Part shown: piece by piece, positions 18,556-28,069 of the stretch
Layout: the number at the start of each line of letters is the position of its first letter
How positions within the stretch are numbered: position 1 is the stretch's first letter
Source: an uncultured Opitutales bacterium
Lineage (GTDB): Bacteria > Verrucomicrobiota > Verrucomicrobiia > Opitutales > Intestinicryptomonadaceae
Reading direction: 5' to 3'
Length of the DNA stretch: 64,000 nucleotides
NCBI GenBank assembly: GCA_944389215.1
Contig: CALXLN010000088.1
Span: 24,379 to 88,378, forward strand
Translations under genes and position numbers: made by a program
The notes under the pieces: generated by a model
What the model was told of the DNA's origin: nothing
Seen by the model: only the letters and a program-made list of their open reading frames with translations
Database searches by the model: none

Positions 18556-21090
18556 TTATTCGTATATGAATTTGACAGATACGTTCGAGGCGTCGTTTAA
18601 GGCTTTTGCCCTCACCCAGTATCCCCTAAACGTATTGTCGAATGTTTTCTCGAATGTTTCACCGCCTTTTATTTTTAACGTTTGATAGGGCAGCCAGAGT
18701 CCTGTGCCGTCAATATCTATTTCAAGCGCTATTGAAAGGTCGCTGTCGGATTTTATCTCGACGGATTTTTTATCGTAGGCGGTAAGCAGGAATGGATCGG
18801 ACATTTCCGATTTTGAAACGTCTTTTCTAAACCAGACATTTCCCTCTCCGACGGGTTTGCCGAGCTTCCAGAGGTCGTCTATTATCCCCGCCCACAGGGC
18901 GAATTTTTTGTCTTGCGAGACGATAACATGAGGGCTTTTCATATTTACGGCGTCTGCTTTCATCCCGCTTATGAGCATTAGCCCGCGGTACGAACAGAAG
19001 TCGAATATGTCGAGATTGTGCGATGCTATAGGACGCACTTTCGCAATTCCCTGCGCGTTTTTTGCAGGCAATTCATAAAATGTTCCGCCGCAGTTTAAGA
19101 GGTCCCGCTCGGTGGCGACTTCGCGGGCTACTCGCGGATTGCCAAAGGCGTTTTTCAGGGGGAACGGCTTGTTTACGGGCAAGCGGTAGCGCTTGCCGTC
19201 TTCTATTATGAGAATTGAATTTCCATCGTAAGATATAGACTTTGGCTCGTACGCCGTTTCTTTAGTGCGCTTTTCATTTTTTGGCATCTTTTCAGGGGCG
19301 AGGTCCAATTTCCAATTTAGCGTGTAGGCTCCTATTTGCTTGGTGTCAGCGGCGCTGTCGGTTGCGTACGGGATTACCGCCAGTTTTCTTGTTTCGCCTC
19401 CCATTCCCCAAAGAAGAGCTGCAGTGGCGGATTTATTTTTGTCGGTTCCCATTCCTTCAAATATGTTGTCGGAAGTTTTGGAGCGCTTGTCGGGATTGGA
19501 CATATTGAAATGCGCGGTAAAATTTTTAGCGTCTTGGGTCGGCATTATCCGCACCCATTCAGCTCCGACATCGGAAATATCGATAAACTTGGACGAGTTT
19601 GCGCCGAGTTTTACAGTTTTATGCGTAGAGAATTTTCCGTCCCCGTCTCCGGTTTGAATTTCGACTGACACAGGGTATGTGGACGAATGCGAGAGCGCCA
19701 GAATACAATTTTCAAAACCTCCCGTAAGCATTGCATCGCTTGCTGTTTGAGCCTTTACGTCTTCGCGCAGGAAGACGCTTCCGCGGCCGATTGCGGGGCC
19801 GCGCGTTTCAATCTCGGATTCGTCCATAAACACAAAATTTGAATTAGACTGGGCGGGGGAGACCTTTTCCGATTTTAAATCGCGCTTGTTTAAAAATTCC
19901 TTGTTTGCGGAGTCGTCGCAGGCAAGAACAATTTTGTTTTGCCATTTGCAGAAGTCGCCGACTACTTTCAGGTAGTTTGAGCGCATGCGGATTCCTTTGG
20001 CGTTTTCTGCTGAAAAATCCGGAGGAAAATTCCAGAAAGCGCCGTGCATTGTCATGAGATAGTCTTTTGAGCCTATATCGCGTATTCGCGGCCATTCAGT
20101 GTTCCAACCGTGCGATCCGTCGTAGGAATGGCTGGCTTTGGGCAGGCGCATAGAAGACCATTTGCCGTCTTGGCATACCATCAGAATTAATGATTTGGCG
20201 TCGAATCCGATTGTCCATAGGGTGTTTTTGTCCGGGTTCAAATTTCCGTATATTCCGTCGCGGCATGTGATTTCTGTAAATTGGTTGATTCTAATCGGAG
20301 ACCAGTCTGCATCGCCGGGTTTCCATTCGCCGAGCGCTCCGGACGGCAGCGTTGGGTCTTTATCTATATCCTTATGGTGAACTCCGTTATTGGCGTAAAA
20401 TACCTTGCCGAATCCGGAGCATAATCCTTTGCCGTGGTATCCGTGCAGTTTTGAAATTACAGGCTGCTTGATTTCAGCGCCGTTGGAGTCCGTCTTTTTG
20501 GGGTATGGCTTGAGGTTGCCGTCGCGGATTATTTCTATCACATCAAGAGTATTTACATCGACCTCGTACAGTCCTTCCTCCATGGAAGCGAAATAAACTT
20601 TATTTTCCGGATCTGAAAGAGAACGGGCGTTCCCGGTAAATCTTCCAGGCATTTTTTCGCGGGGTATTGCGCGGACATTTCCCTTTGAGTCTATAAAATA
20701 GCACCCGATTATGAGCTGGTTAGATTCTTTGTGAATCATCCTGTTTGCGTGGGTTCCGCCTAGGCTCTCTTCGCGGACTTTAACATTCAGGTTTGGGTCT
20801 ATTTCATATAATTTGTCGTCGGACTTAAAAACGCAGTGGGGCCCATACGTTACAGCCCAGAGTTTTCCCGCCCACGGAACCACCGCTCCGGTTCCGCATT
20901 CGCCTTCGCTGTTCCACATCGCAAGATGCGGATATACACCTGAAATACAGGGCTTGTCCGTTTTTATTGAAAATTGTTCTTTGGCTGTTGATTCTGCCTG
21001 AAGGTTTGCCCTGCTTTCAGCGGATCCATTGGCGCAGCCTACAAGTATTGCAGACACCGCTGTTAATGCGGATAAACGGGAGATATTCAT
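18556..21090 (-). CDS. Large hypothetical lipoprotein with internal duplication
   Basis: 844-aa ORF, lipobox LVGC, beta-rich and W/Y/G-rich, two related ~200-aa segments. Confidence 0.85.
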   Translation of the reverse strand: MNISRLSALTAVSAILVGCANGSAESRANLQAESTAKEQFSIKTDKPCISGVYPHLAMWNSEGECGTGAVVPWAGKLWAVTYGPHCVFKSDDKLYEIDPNLNVKVREESLGGTHANRMIHKESNQLIIGCYFIDSKGNVRAIPREKMPGRFTGNARSLSDPENKVYFASMEEGLYEVDVNTLDVIEIIRDGNLKPYPKKTDSNGAEIKQPVISKLHGYHGKGLCSGFGKVFYANNGVHHKDIDKDPTLPSGALGEWKPGDADWSPIRINQFTEITCRDGIYGNLNPDKNTLWTIGFDAKSLILMVCQDGKWSSMRLPKASHSYDGSHGWNTEWPRIRDIGSKDYLMTMHGAFWNFPPDFSAENAKGIRMRSNYLKVVGDFCKWQNKIVLACDDSANKEFLNKRDLKSEKVSPAQSNSNFVFMDESEIETRGPAIGRGSVFLREDVKAQTASDAMLTGGFENCILALSHSSTYPVSVEIQTGDGDGKFSTHKTVKLGANSSKFIDISDVGAEWVRIMPTQDAKNFTAHFNMSNPDKRSKTSDNIFEGMGTDKNKSATAALLWGMGGETRKLAVIPYATDSAADTKQIGAYTLNWKLDLAPEKMPKNEKRTKETAYEPKSISYDGNSILIIEDGKRYRLPVNKPFPLKNAFGNPRVAREVATERDLLNCGGTFYELPAKNAQGIAKVRPIASHNLDIFDFCSYRGLMLISGMKADAVNMKSPHVIVSQDKKFALWAGIIDDLWKLGKPVGEGNVWFRKDVSKSEMSDPFLLTAYDKKSVEIKSDSDLSIALEIDIDGTGLWLPYQTLKIKGGETFEKTFDNTFRGYWVRAKALNDASNVSVKFIYE

Positions 21091-21217
21091 GATTGTGAAT
21101 TTTTATATAAATTTAGCGCGCGGAGAATAAACAAAGAAAACGGAACTGTTCCGATCTTCAAATCCTCCCAAAAAATAATATTGGAATATGCTACATGTTT
21201 TTCGGAAAAGTGTCCAC

Positions 21218-21718
21218 CTATTTTTTAGGACGCCTTCCGCGCAGCATCTTGCGCAGTTTTTTTCTATCTTCGACGGCCACGATATATCCCACGCATTCCG
21301 GAAACCCGCAATGGCATGGATGGTCCAAAAAGTGTTCGAGGGCGTAACCGTAATTGTACAGAAGTTCTTCGTCTTTCTTTATGTCGCGCGCGGCGTATAT
21401 CCATATGGTGCCGTCTTCGCTTACGGCCTCGCAGTTTGTGCGGCAGGCATGGTTTATAAACCGGGCGTCATTGTAGTCGAAATTTCCGTCGACATCCCAC
21501 TCTTCGTCCAGTTCAAAAATATATACGGCGCCTCCGCCGGTTGCTTTTGCGCGCTCCTCGTTTTCCAAGCCGCGGCGGTTGGATTCCTCTTTGGAAATTT
21601 TTTCTCCCAAATATTCTATTATGCGTTCGCCTTTCTTTATGTCGCGCGCGGCGAAAACTCCCTTGCCGTGTATCTTTGATTCGCGGATAACGTATGTTGG
21701 AGAATTATTTTCGGCCAT
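21218..21718 (-). CDS. SET-domain protein-lysine N-methyltransferase with post-SET motif
   Basis: IHGKGVFA, EYLGE, ARFINHAC, ELLYNY, post-SET CHCGFPEC. Confidence 0.92.
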   Translation of the reverse strand: MAENNSPTYVIRESKIHGKGVFAARDIKKGERIIEYLGEKISKEESNRRGLENEERAKATGGGAVYIFELDEEWDVDGNFDYNDARFINHACRTNCEAVSEDGTIWIYAARDIKKDEELLYNYGYALEHFLDHPCHCGFPECVGYIVAVEDRKKLRKMLRGRRPKK

Positions 21719-21720
21719 TT

Positions 21721-22500
21721 TTATTTGTTTTCGGGGTATTTCCCTGATTTGACGTCGCCGGCGTAGGCTTTGTATGCGGATATTATTTCCTCGCGCAAAT
21801 TGGCGTATTTTTTCGCAAAAGACGGTGCGCGTTCAGTGAGCCCCAAAAGGTCGGCGCATACGAGCACCTGCCCGTCGCAGTCGGCTCCCGAACCTATTCC
21901 TATCGTTGGAATGGATACGGATTCGGTTACGAGCTTTGCGGTTTGCGAATCAGTCATTTCAAGCAGCAGGGCGAATGCGCCAGCAGCTTCTAGCGCTTTC
22001 GCGTCTTCGAGAATTGCCGCTCGCTCTTCGTCTGTCTTCCCGAATTTTCTATACCCGCCCAGCCGCAGAATCTGCTGGGGCTCCAAACCTATGTGCCCCA
22101 TGACGGCTATTCCGGCAGATACGAGTTTTGAAATGGTTTCAGCCATTTTCTTGCCGCCCTCTATTTTGACTGCTTCGGCCCCGCCTTCCTGCAGCAACCT
22201 GCGGCAGTCATGTAAGATTTTGTCAAATCCAAAGTGGGCAACTCCGAACGGAACGTCGGACAAAACCAGCGAGTCTGGTTTGGCTCGCGCGACGGCTGCG
22301 GTATGGTGAACCATGTCGTCGATAGTTACTGGTACAGTGGAATCGTAGCCTAAAATCGTATTCCCGACAGAATCTCCTATAAGTATTATGTCGATATCTG
22401 CTTGGCTTGCGAGTTTTGCGAACAACGCGTCGTAGGCGGTGAGCATTGTTATTTTTTCAACGCCTTTTTTCTTAAAAATCGTTTTTAGAGTTTTTTTCAT
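21721..22500 (-). CDS. panB: 3-methyl-2-oxobutanoate hydroxymethyltransferase
   Basis: ITMLTAYD, LIGDS, AVKIEGG, GHIGL, PTIGIGSG, DGQVLV. Confidence 0.95.
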   Translation of the reverse strand: MKKTLKTIFKKKGVEKITMLTAYDALFAKLASQADIDIILIGDSVGNTILGYDSTVPVTIDDMVHHTAAVARAKPDSLVLSDVPFGVAHFGFDKILHDCRRLLQEGGAEAVKIEGGKKMAETISKLVSAGIAVMGHIGLEPQQILRLGGYRKFGKTDEERAAILEDAKALEAAGAFALLLEMTDSQTAKLVTESVSIPTIGIGSGADCDGQVLVCADLLGLTERAPSFAKKYANLREEIISAYKAYAGDVKSGKYPENK

Positions 22501-22508
22501 TTTTCAGG

Positions 22509-25500
22509 TTAGTTGTCTTTTCTCAAAGATCTTATCAGGTTGCGCAATGGAGAGGCAGGGGACTTCTTTCTGGCTGATTCGGAATTGTCCGGGGCTTTGC
22601 CTGAAACTGAAGGCTCGGTTTTTGGGGACGCCTGTTCAGCTGCGTTTTGAGCCTCTTGCGCGGCTTTTACCTGGGCGTTTTGCGCGGATTTCTCGGCGGA
22701 TGTCAGAACGGCCATCAGCGATGTCTTTGGAGCTCCTATTGTTCCGGTTACGTCGAACGAAGGCCCATTGTAATATCCTTTTGTATCAGTTTCGACCGTG
22801 CCGAAATTCAATTTTTGGAACATTTTTCTTACGGAGCCATCGGCGACCTTTATGTTTATGGGTATATTTAAGGCCTGTTCTTTTATTGCAACGTTTGGCG
22901 TCATAGAGATCGAGCCGCCTGTTGCCGAGAGCATCAAGGCTTCGGTTTTTACTTCGGCGGATGATAGTTTTATCTCGAGGGTTTTAGGGTCGCGTTCGGC
23001 CTTGATATCGGCGCCTGAGTATTCCAATTTTTCAAAATAGCCTATTATGTCGCCGATTGCCCCGACTTCGTAAGCCTTGTCTTTGAGGAACATTCCTGCT
23101 ATTCTCATTGCGCTTCCGGCTATGCTTGTCATGGCTCCTTGTTCGGTGGACGTGTCTATAAGCCTCAAGATTCCTCCGGTTCCTTTTAGTTGCGCCGACC
23201 CGAGCATGTATGCGCACAGGTGCTGCAAGTTGTTGCCGGAGCCGTTCAAATCAAGTTGGGCGCTGAATTCTCCAGTTATCATCGGTTTTTCCGAACCGGA
23301 GAATATTTTTGACGACTCCAAGTTTTCCAATGATATCCGCGTATTCGACAAATTATACGGCGCCTTGCGCGACTTGTCGAAGCTCAGATCCGTCGAGCCC
23401 GAAAACTTTGCTGAGTAAAGTTTGCCGCCGAAATTTTTTAGAGCAAGATTAGAGCTTGTACATTCGGCGCTTGCAGTCAAATCCTCAAGCATCGCAATTC
23501 CGTCCTTGAAGAGTTTTACAAGCTTTATATTTGCGAATAGCGAGCGCCCCATATCCCAAAACGCCTTTTCGTCTTTTGCATCCGAAATTAAGTTCTGTTC
23601 CGGAGAAACTGCTTCGAGAGATTTTGGGCGCACAACTGCCACTTTGTCCCCGCCGGCGTTCGCAACGGCAGTAGCGGCTTTTTCGTTGGGGTTGGAGAAG
23701 GCTTCGGACAACAATGCGATGTCTTCAAATACGGCGCTTTGCACGTCCAGGTCCAATCTTGTTTCGGTGGCGTGCGATAGAACCGCCTTTGCGGATGTTT
23801 TGCCGTTTGTGGAATTGGCGGAAATATTTGCGGTTAGATCTATTTTTGAAAAGTCTGGCGCGTATTTTACGGCGGCGTCAATCGCAGCCTTTTCAAGTCT
23901 GCCGCTTTGCGAAGCTCTTGGCATTAGATTGTGTATTTGCGCAGATACAGAACAAGAATTTGACGATCCTTTTGCATCCAATTCCAGAGTTCCGGTTGAA
24001 ATGTTTGCAAATTTTAAAAGCGCCGGCTGTTCCAATAGGGAAGGGAGGGCGATGTTTGCCTTAAGGGCGGCGTCTTTTAAATCTTTTTTTGCGACGTCGA
24101 AACTTGCGGAGCCCTCAGCCGTGGCGAAATCCGAGCCGGAATTTAAAATGAGTTTTTCCAGCTTGGCGACGAGAAGTCCGTTGGAGATATTGTAGCTTGC
24201 ATCTGCCTTTACAGATGGAGAAAGGCTCTTTACCAGAAATTTTCCGTCCTTTTTATAGGACACCGCCTTTGCGGAAAAATCGGCGGACGCTTTAAAAGTG
24301 CTTTCGTCCAACATGTCTATTTGCGATTTTACGGCTATCTTTTGGGCGTCTAGCCCGGCGGCAAAAGGTTTTGCCAGGGCAAACGGAAAATCTGGCGCGG
24401 AGATTTTTACGAGAGTTTTTGACGGCGCGGAAATAGCCTTTTTGCCGAGGTCGTAAGATATTTCTCCGCCGTCGGTTATTTCCGCGACTTTTTTCCCGGA
24501 GCTTTCTGTTATTTCCACTTTAGCGCTTTTTAGAACCGCCAAATTGCCTGTTTTTTGTGCGTCGAAAGAGGCGTCGATTTTTAGCCCAGCGGAATCGAAA
24601 GATGATATTGAATCAACGCGGCTTATTATCGGATTCAGCGAACCTTTTATTGCGGATTGAACGCGGATGTCGTCGGGGTCTATTTTTGCGTCGGCGTATA
24701 AATTTAGGGCGTGCTCTTGGGAATCCGCTATTTCAACATTTGACGATATTTCAAATTTGCCTTTCAAATTCGACGAGATTTGCGCGTTTATTTTTGCCCC
24801 GAAATTTTTCAGCAGGGCGTTCCCGTCCTTTTCGACACACAATGACGACAGTATTATCGGGGAAATCGTTTTTACGGAAATCGAATTGTCCGCGCCGCGC
24901 GCCAGGGAAAGTTTTGCGCGGATGTTGTCGCCTTCAATCTTAAAGCCCTCTGCGAAAGGCTGCGCAAAACGCAGTGGAATTTCCGCCGATACAACCGCCA
25001 AATCGCCCTCGGGAAGCTTGGATAAGTCGTTTATATCTATGGAAAATTCCTTGGACGCCGAGAGCGACAAAATGTTGTCGGAACTTTCCGTAACGGCAAT
25101 GTCCAGCTTTGACACAGTTATGACGTCGGATTTTTTACCGACAGAAATTTCGCCGTCCAATCCGCATTTTCCGAGAAAATTTAAGGCAGGGGAAATATTT
25201 TTCAATTCGGAGGCGGAGTTTTTAAAAATAATTTTTGCCGATATGTCTTTTCCGCGATTTTCCAATTTTCCGTCCGCGTAAAAAGATGAAGAAAATTTGG
25301 GCAGAACGACTATGCCTTTAAGAAGCGGAGAAAGCTGCGTGTCGTTTATGTCGATTCTGGCTTCAAAATCGGCGTCGAAAGTATTCTTGTTTAGTGTTGC
25401 AGCTGCTTTTATGATGTCCGCTCCCTTTCGGCTGGCTAGCAGCTTGGCGGATATATTTGAGCCGGAGGGGGCTATTGTTGATTCCAGGGAAATTTCTTCG

Positions 25501-26090
25501 GAGGGAAGGCCTTTGGGGGCGGCGGTGATTTTTGCCGAGATTGCGCCGCTGCGGGGAATCAGGTCGGAGGAGATTTCCAAAGCGGAAATTTTCGCTGAGA
25601 CTTTTATCTTGGAGCCGTCCGGCATGGCGGCTTCCGCGTCGGCGTCGGCGTTGGCAAGGGAGATTTCAAATCCTATGTCGGTCTTTTTTGCGTTTGTTGC
25701 GCTTGAAGGTTCAGCTTGCGCGGAAACTTTTGATGTGCCCGAAGCTTCGGCGGCGGGTTTTCTTTCTTTTGCCATTTCAAATTTGGCGCCGGATACTTGG
25801 ATGTCCTGGATGTCTATCTTTTTTGAAAGAAGCTTGGAAAGCGCATATTTTGCGCTCGCTTTCTTTACCTGGATTTTGTCTCCGCTTGGCAGGGTTATAT
25901 CCACATCTTCCGCGTTCAGCTCGCCGAATCCGATTGACAAGCTGCCAATTTTTGAATTGGGCAACAATTCCGATAAAAGCGAGTTTGCCTGTCCGGTCTG
26001 AAAAGACGGGCTTAAAATGTATAAAATTGCAGCCGCCGCCATTACGGCGATTACAGCCAGAGTTATTGCCGCTATTTTTAAAATTTTCAT
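22509..26090 (-). CDS. Large AsmA/TamB-like (repeating beta-groove) periplasmic protein
   Basis: 1193 aa, single N-terminal TM, alternating beta-strand pattern throughout, C-terminal FDVTGTIGAPK resembling AsmA-like C-termini. Confidence 0.65.
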   Translation of the reverse strand: MKILKIAAITLAVIAVMAAAAILYILSPSFQTGQANSLLSELLPNSKIGSLSIGFGELNAEDVDITLPSGDKIQVKKASAKYALSKLLSKKIDIQDIQVSGAKFEMAKERKPAAEASGTSKVSAQAEPSSATNAKKTDIGFEISLANADADAEAAMPDGSKIKVSAKISALEISSDLIPRSGAISAKITAAPKGLPSEEISLESTIAPSGSNISAKLLASRKGADIIKAAATLNKNTFDADFEARIDINDTQLSPLLKGIVVLPKFSSSFYADGKLENRGKDISAKIIFKNSASELKNISPALNFLGKCGLDGEISVGKKSDVITVSKLDIAVTESSDNILSLSASKEFSIDINDLSKLPEGDLAVVSAEIPLRFAQPFAEGFKIEGDNIRAKLSLARGADNSISVKTISPIILSSLCVEKDGNALLKNFGAKINAQISSNLKGKFEISSNVEIADSQEHALNLYADAKIDPDDIRVQSAIKGSLNPIISRVDSISSFDSAGLKIDASFDAQKTGNLAVLKSAKVEITESSGKKVAEITDGGEISYDLGKKAISAPSKTLVKISAPDFPFALAKPFAAGLDAQKIAVKSQIDMLDESTFKASADFSAKAVSYKKDGKFLVKSLSPSVKADASYNISNGLLVAKLEKLILNSGSDFATAEGSASFDVAKKDLKDAALKANIALPSLLEQPALLKFANISTGTLELDAKGSSNSCSVSAQIHNLMPRASQSGRLEKAAIDAAVKYAPDFSKIDLTANISANSTNGKTSAKAVLSHATETRLDLDVQSAVFEDIALLSEAFSNPNEKAATAVANAGGDKVAVVRPKSLEAVSPEQNLISDAKDEKAFWDMGRSLFANIKLVKLFKDGIAMLEDLTASAECTSSNLALKNFGGKLYSAKFSGSTDLSFDKSRKAPYNLSNTRISLENLESSKIFSGSEKPMITGEFSAQLDLNGSGNNLQHLCAYMLGSAQLKGTGGILRLIDTSTEQGAMTSIAGSAMRIAGMFLKDKAYEVGAIGDIIGYFEKLEYSGADIKAERDPKTLEIKLSSAEVKTEALMLSATGGSISMTPNVAIKEQALNIPINIKVADGSVRKMFQKLNFGTVETDTKGYYNGPSFDVTGTIGAPKTSLMAVLTSAEKSAQNAQVKAAQEAQNAAEQASPKTEPSVSGKAPDNSESARKKSPASPLRNLIRSLRKDN

Positions 26091-27643
26091 TTTTTCCCTT
26101 CTATTAAAGTGTCAAAAAGTTCTTTTTTTATGTATACGGTCAAAATCAGATTTTTGCGCAGCCCAAAAAATTCGCTCGCATATTTTGATTTGTCTATGGA
26201 TTTTGAAACGGCATCCTCCATTGGGGCGTCGCAAACTATTATTTCATAGACATCCAAATCTTTCGGCAGTTGGGACGGCCAGTAGCCTACATTGCGGTAG
26301 TTGCGCAAATACCACGGCGCAGGCCACGGAGAGTTTGCCGTGACGAACGCCGCCGGAATGTCCGAACCGTATTCAGATATTTTTGCGCAGTCCTCCACGC
26401 GCTTTACAAGATTTCCAAAATCTCTTACCGTATGGGTGTATATGAACGGATTTCTTGGATCGCAATTATAGCGCACCACTGCCGATTTGTTCAACCCGTA
26501 TTGCCAATATCCCAGCGCGCACAAAATAAAGACCATTGCAAGCCAAACTGCCGCAGGCCGCACTGAAAGCATTTTTTGCATGGCGTAGCCAGCGCATAAA
26601 CAAAGCAAAAGCGTGGGCGAAAGAATAAGCCAGGGCGTCTTGTAGGAAATAAAACTAAGCAGCAATATGTTGGCGGCAGCTGCGGAAAATATAAAGACTG
26701 CTGCTAGCGCTTTTTTGTTGTTTTGCCTGCCTTTGAAAATGTCGAACGCCGCCGCCAGAAATCCGCCTATGGAAAGCAGAAATATGGGCAATTCCCCAAA
26801 TCGGACGCCTTCGCATTTTTGAAGCGTAAGCAGCTTGAAATAATAGGCGAACCCGCTTGAGTGTTCGGGGGAACCCGCCTTTTGGAGGAAATGTCCGTAA
26901 GACAAAAATGCGTCTATAACGCCGCGCCAGTTTTCTCCGAAGGACGAGTATATGGCAATAAATAAAATTGCGAATCCGCCTGCCGCCAAAGCGCCCATCT
27001 TGAATATTTTGCGCGTAAATAAAACGGACTTTAAATTTTCCCGGATATCCTTGTCGAGTGCTGCGGCTATTGCAAGCGCAAGTAAAATAGAAGGATACGC
27101 AATGACAGCGGTTTCCTTCGTGGCTTGCGCTATTGCTATTAGCAGTCCAATCGCTGCGGCGCAAGTTGTCGACGGATTTATAGCGAACCTCCACGTTGCA
27201 AGCGTCAAGGCCAAAATTGCTGCCGCAAAAATTATTTCGTGCACGAAATATACCGAATATATCGAAGCCGCCGCAGATAGGCTAAAGGCCGCGCATGCTC
27301 CCCATGCGGCTATTCTTCCTATGGACTGAGAAAACAATATATATAATGCCATTATCAAAAGCGAGAACGGCAACAATAGGGAACGCAAATAGCTTATCGT
27401 GATTTTTTCTGAATCTGGGCAGCCGCTTAGGCTTGCCGCTGCATTTGCGTAGTAATAAAGGGTGGGTCCGTGCGGCCCGTTTGGATTATACTTGTATTCT
27501 CCATTCTGGTGGAGGTTTAGAAAAACGCTGGCTTGCTCAGTTTCGTCTGCGTGCGGTATTCTTTCGCGCATATTGAAAAAGCGGTTGGAAAGACCCGCAA
27601 AAATGCAGACAAATATAAGAAGTATGTAGACGGCTTTTTTCAT
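26087..27643 (-). CDS. GT-C fold membrane glycosyltransferase (PMT_2 / TIGR03663-like)
   Basis: First-loop HADE motif, YNPNGPHGPTLYY, ATKETA, YKTPW, about 10 TMs, C-terminal WPAPWYLR domain. Confidence 0.8.
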   Translation of the reverse strand: MKKAVYILLIFVCIFAGLSNRFFNMRERIPHADETEQASVFLNLHQNGEYKYNPNGPHGPTLYYYANAAASLSGCPDSEKITISYLRSLLLPFSLLIMALYILFSQSIGRIAAWGACAAFSLSAAASIYSVYFVHEIIFAAAILALTLATWRFAINPSTTCAAAIGLLIAIAQATKETAVIAYPSILLALAIAAALDKDIRENLKSVLFTRKIFKMGALAAGGFAILFIAIYSSFGENWRGVIDAFLSYGHFLQKAGSPEHSSGFAYYFKLLTLQKCEGVRFGELPIFLLSIGGFLAAAFDIFKGRQNNKKALAAVFIFSAAAANILLLSFISYKTPWLILSPTLLLCLCAGYAMQKMLSVRPAAVWLAMVFILCALGYWQYGLNKSAVVRYNCDPRNPFIYTHTVRDFGNLVKRVEDCAKISEYGSDIPAAFVTANSPWPAPWYLRNYRNVGYWPSQLPKDLDVYEIIVCDAPMEDAVSKSIDKSKYASEFFGLRKNLILTVYIKKELFDTLIEGKK

Positions 27644-28065
27644 TTCTTTTCCGCACCTGCGTCGGAATCGTAGGCGTCCAGAAGCTTTTTGGCGATTTCT
27701 TTCGGAGGCTTTACCGGCATTCCGCGCGAATCTACAAATGCGTGTACGGTATAGCCGGTTACCAGCAGTTTGCCGTTTGCCCGCATTTCATACTCTATTT
27801 TTATGCGCACAGCCGGGCGGACTTTTATAGCAGCCTTAATTTCGACTTCGTCGTCGTATCTTGCGGGGAATTTGTACTGCAGGTGTTCTTCCAAAACAGG
27901 AAGATGGTAGCCCTGTTCGTTTATATTGCGGTAATTTAAGCCTATAGACTCAATGAGCTCAAGCCTTGCAACTTCGCACCACGGCAGATAGTTTGCATGG
28001 TAAACGACGCCCATTGCGTCTGTTTCGGCGAATCTCACGCGGATGGATGTGGTTGCGGTTATCAT
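27640..28065 (-). CDS. Acyl-CoA thioesterase, YbgC/FadM (4HBT) family
   Basis: RVRFAETDAMGVVYHANYLPWCEVAR. Confidence 0.92.
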   Translation of the reverse strand: MITATTSIRVRFAETDAMGVVYHANYLPWCEVARLELIESIGLNYRNINEQGYHLPVLEEHLQYKFPARYDDEVEIKAAIKVRPAVRIKIEYEMRANGKLLVTGYTVHAFVDSRGMPVKPPKEIAKKLLDAYDSDAGAEKK

Positions 28066-28069
28066 ATTA

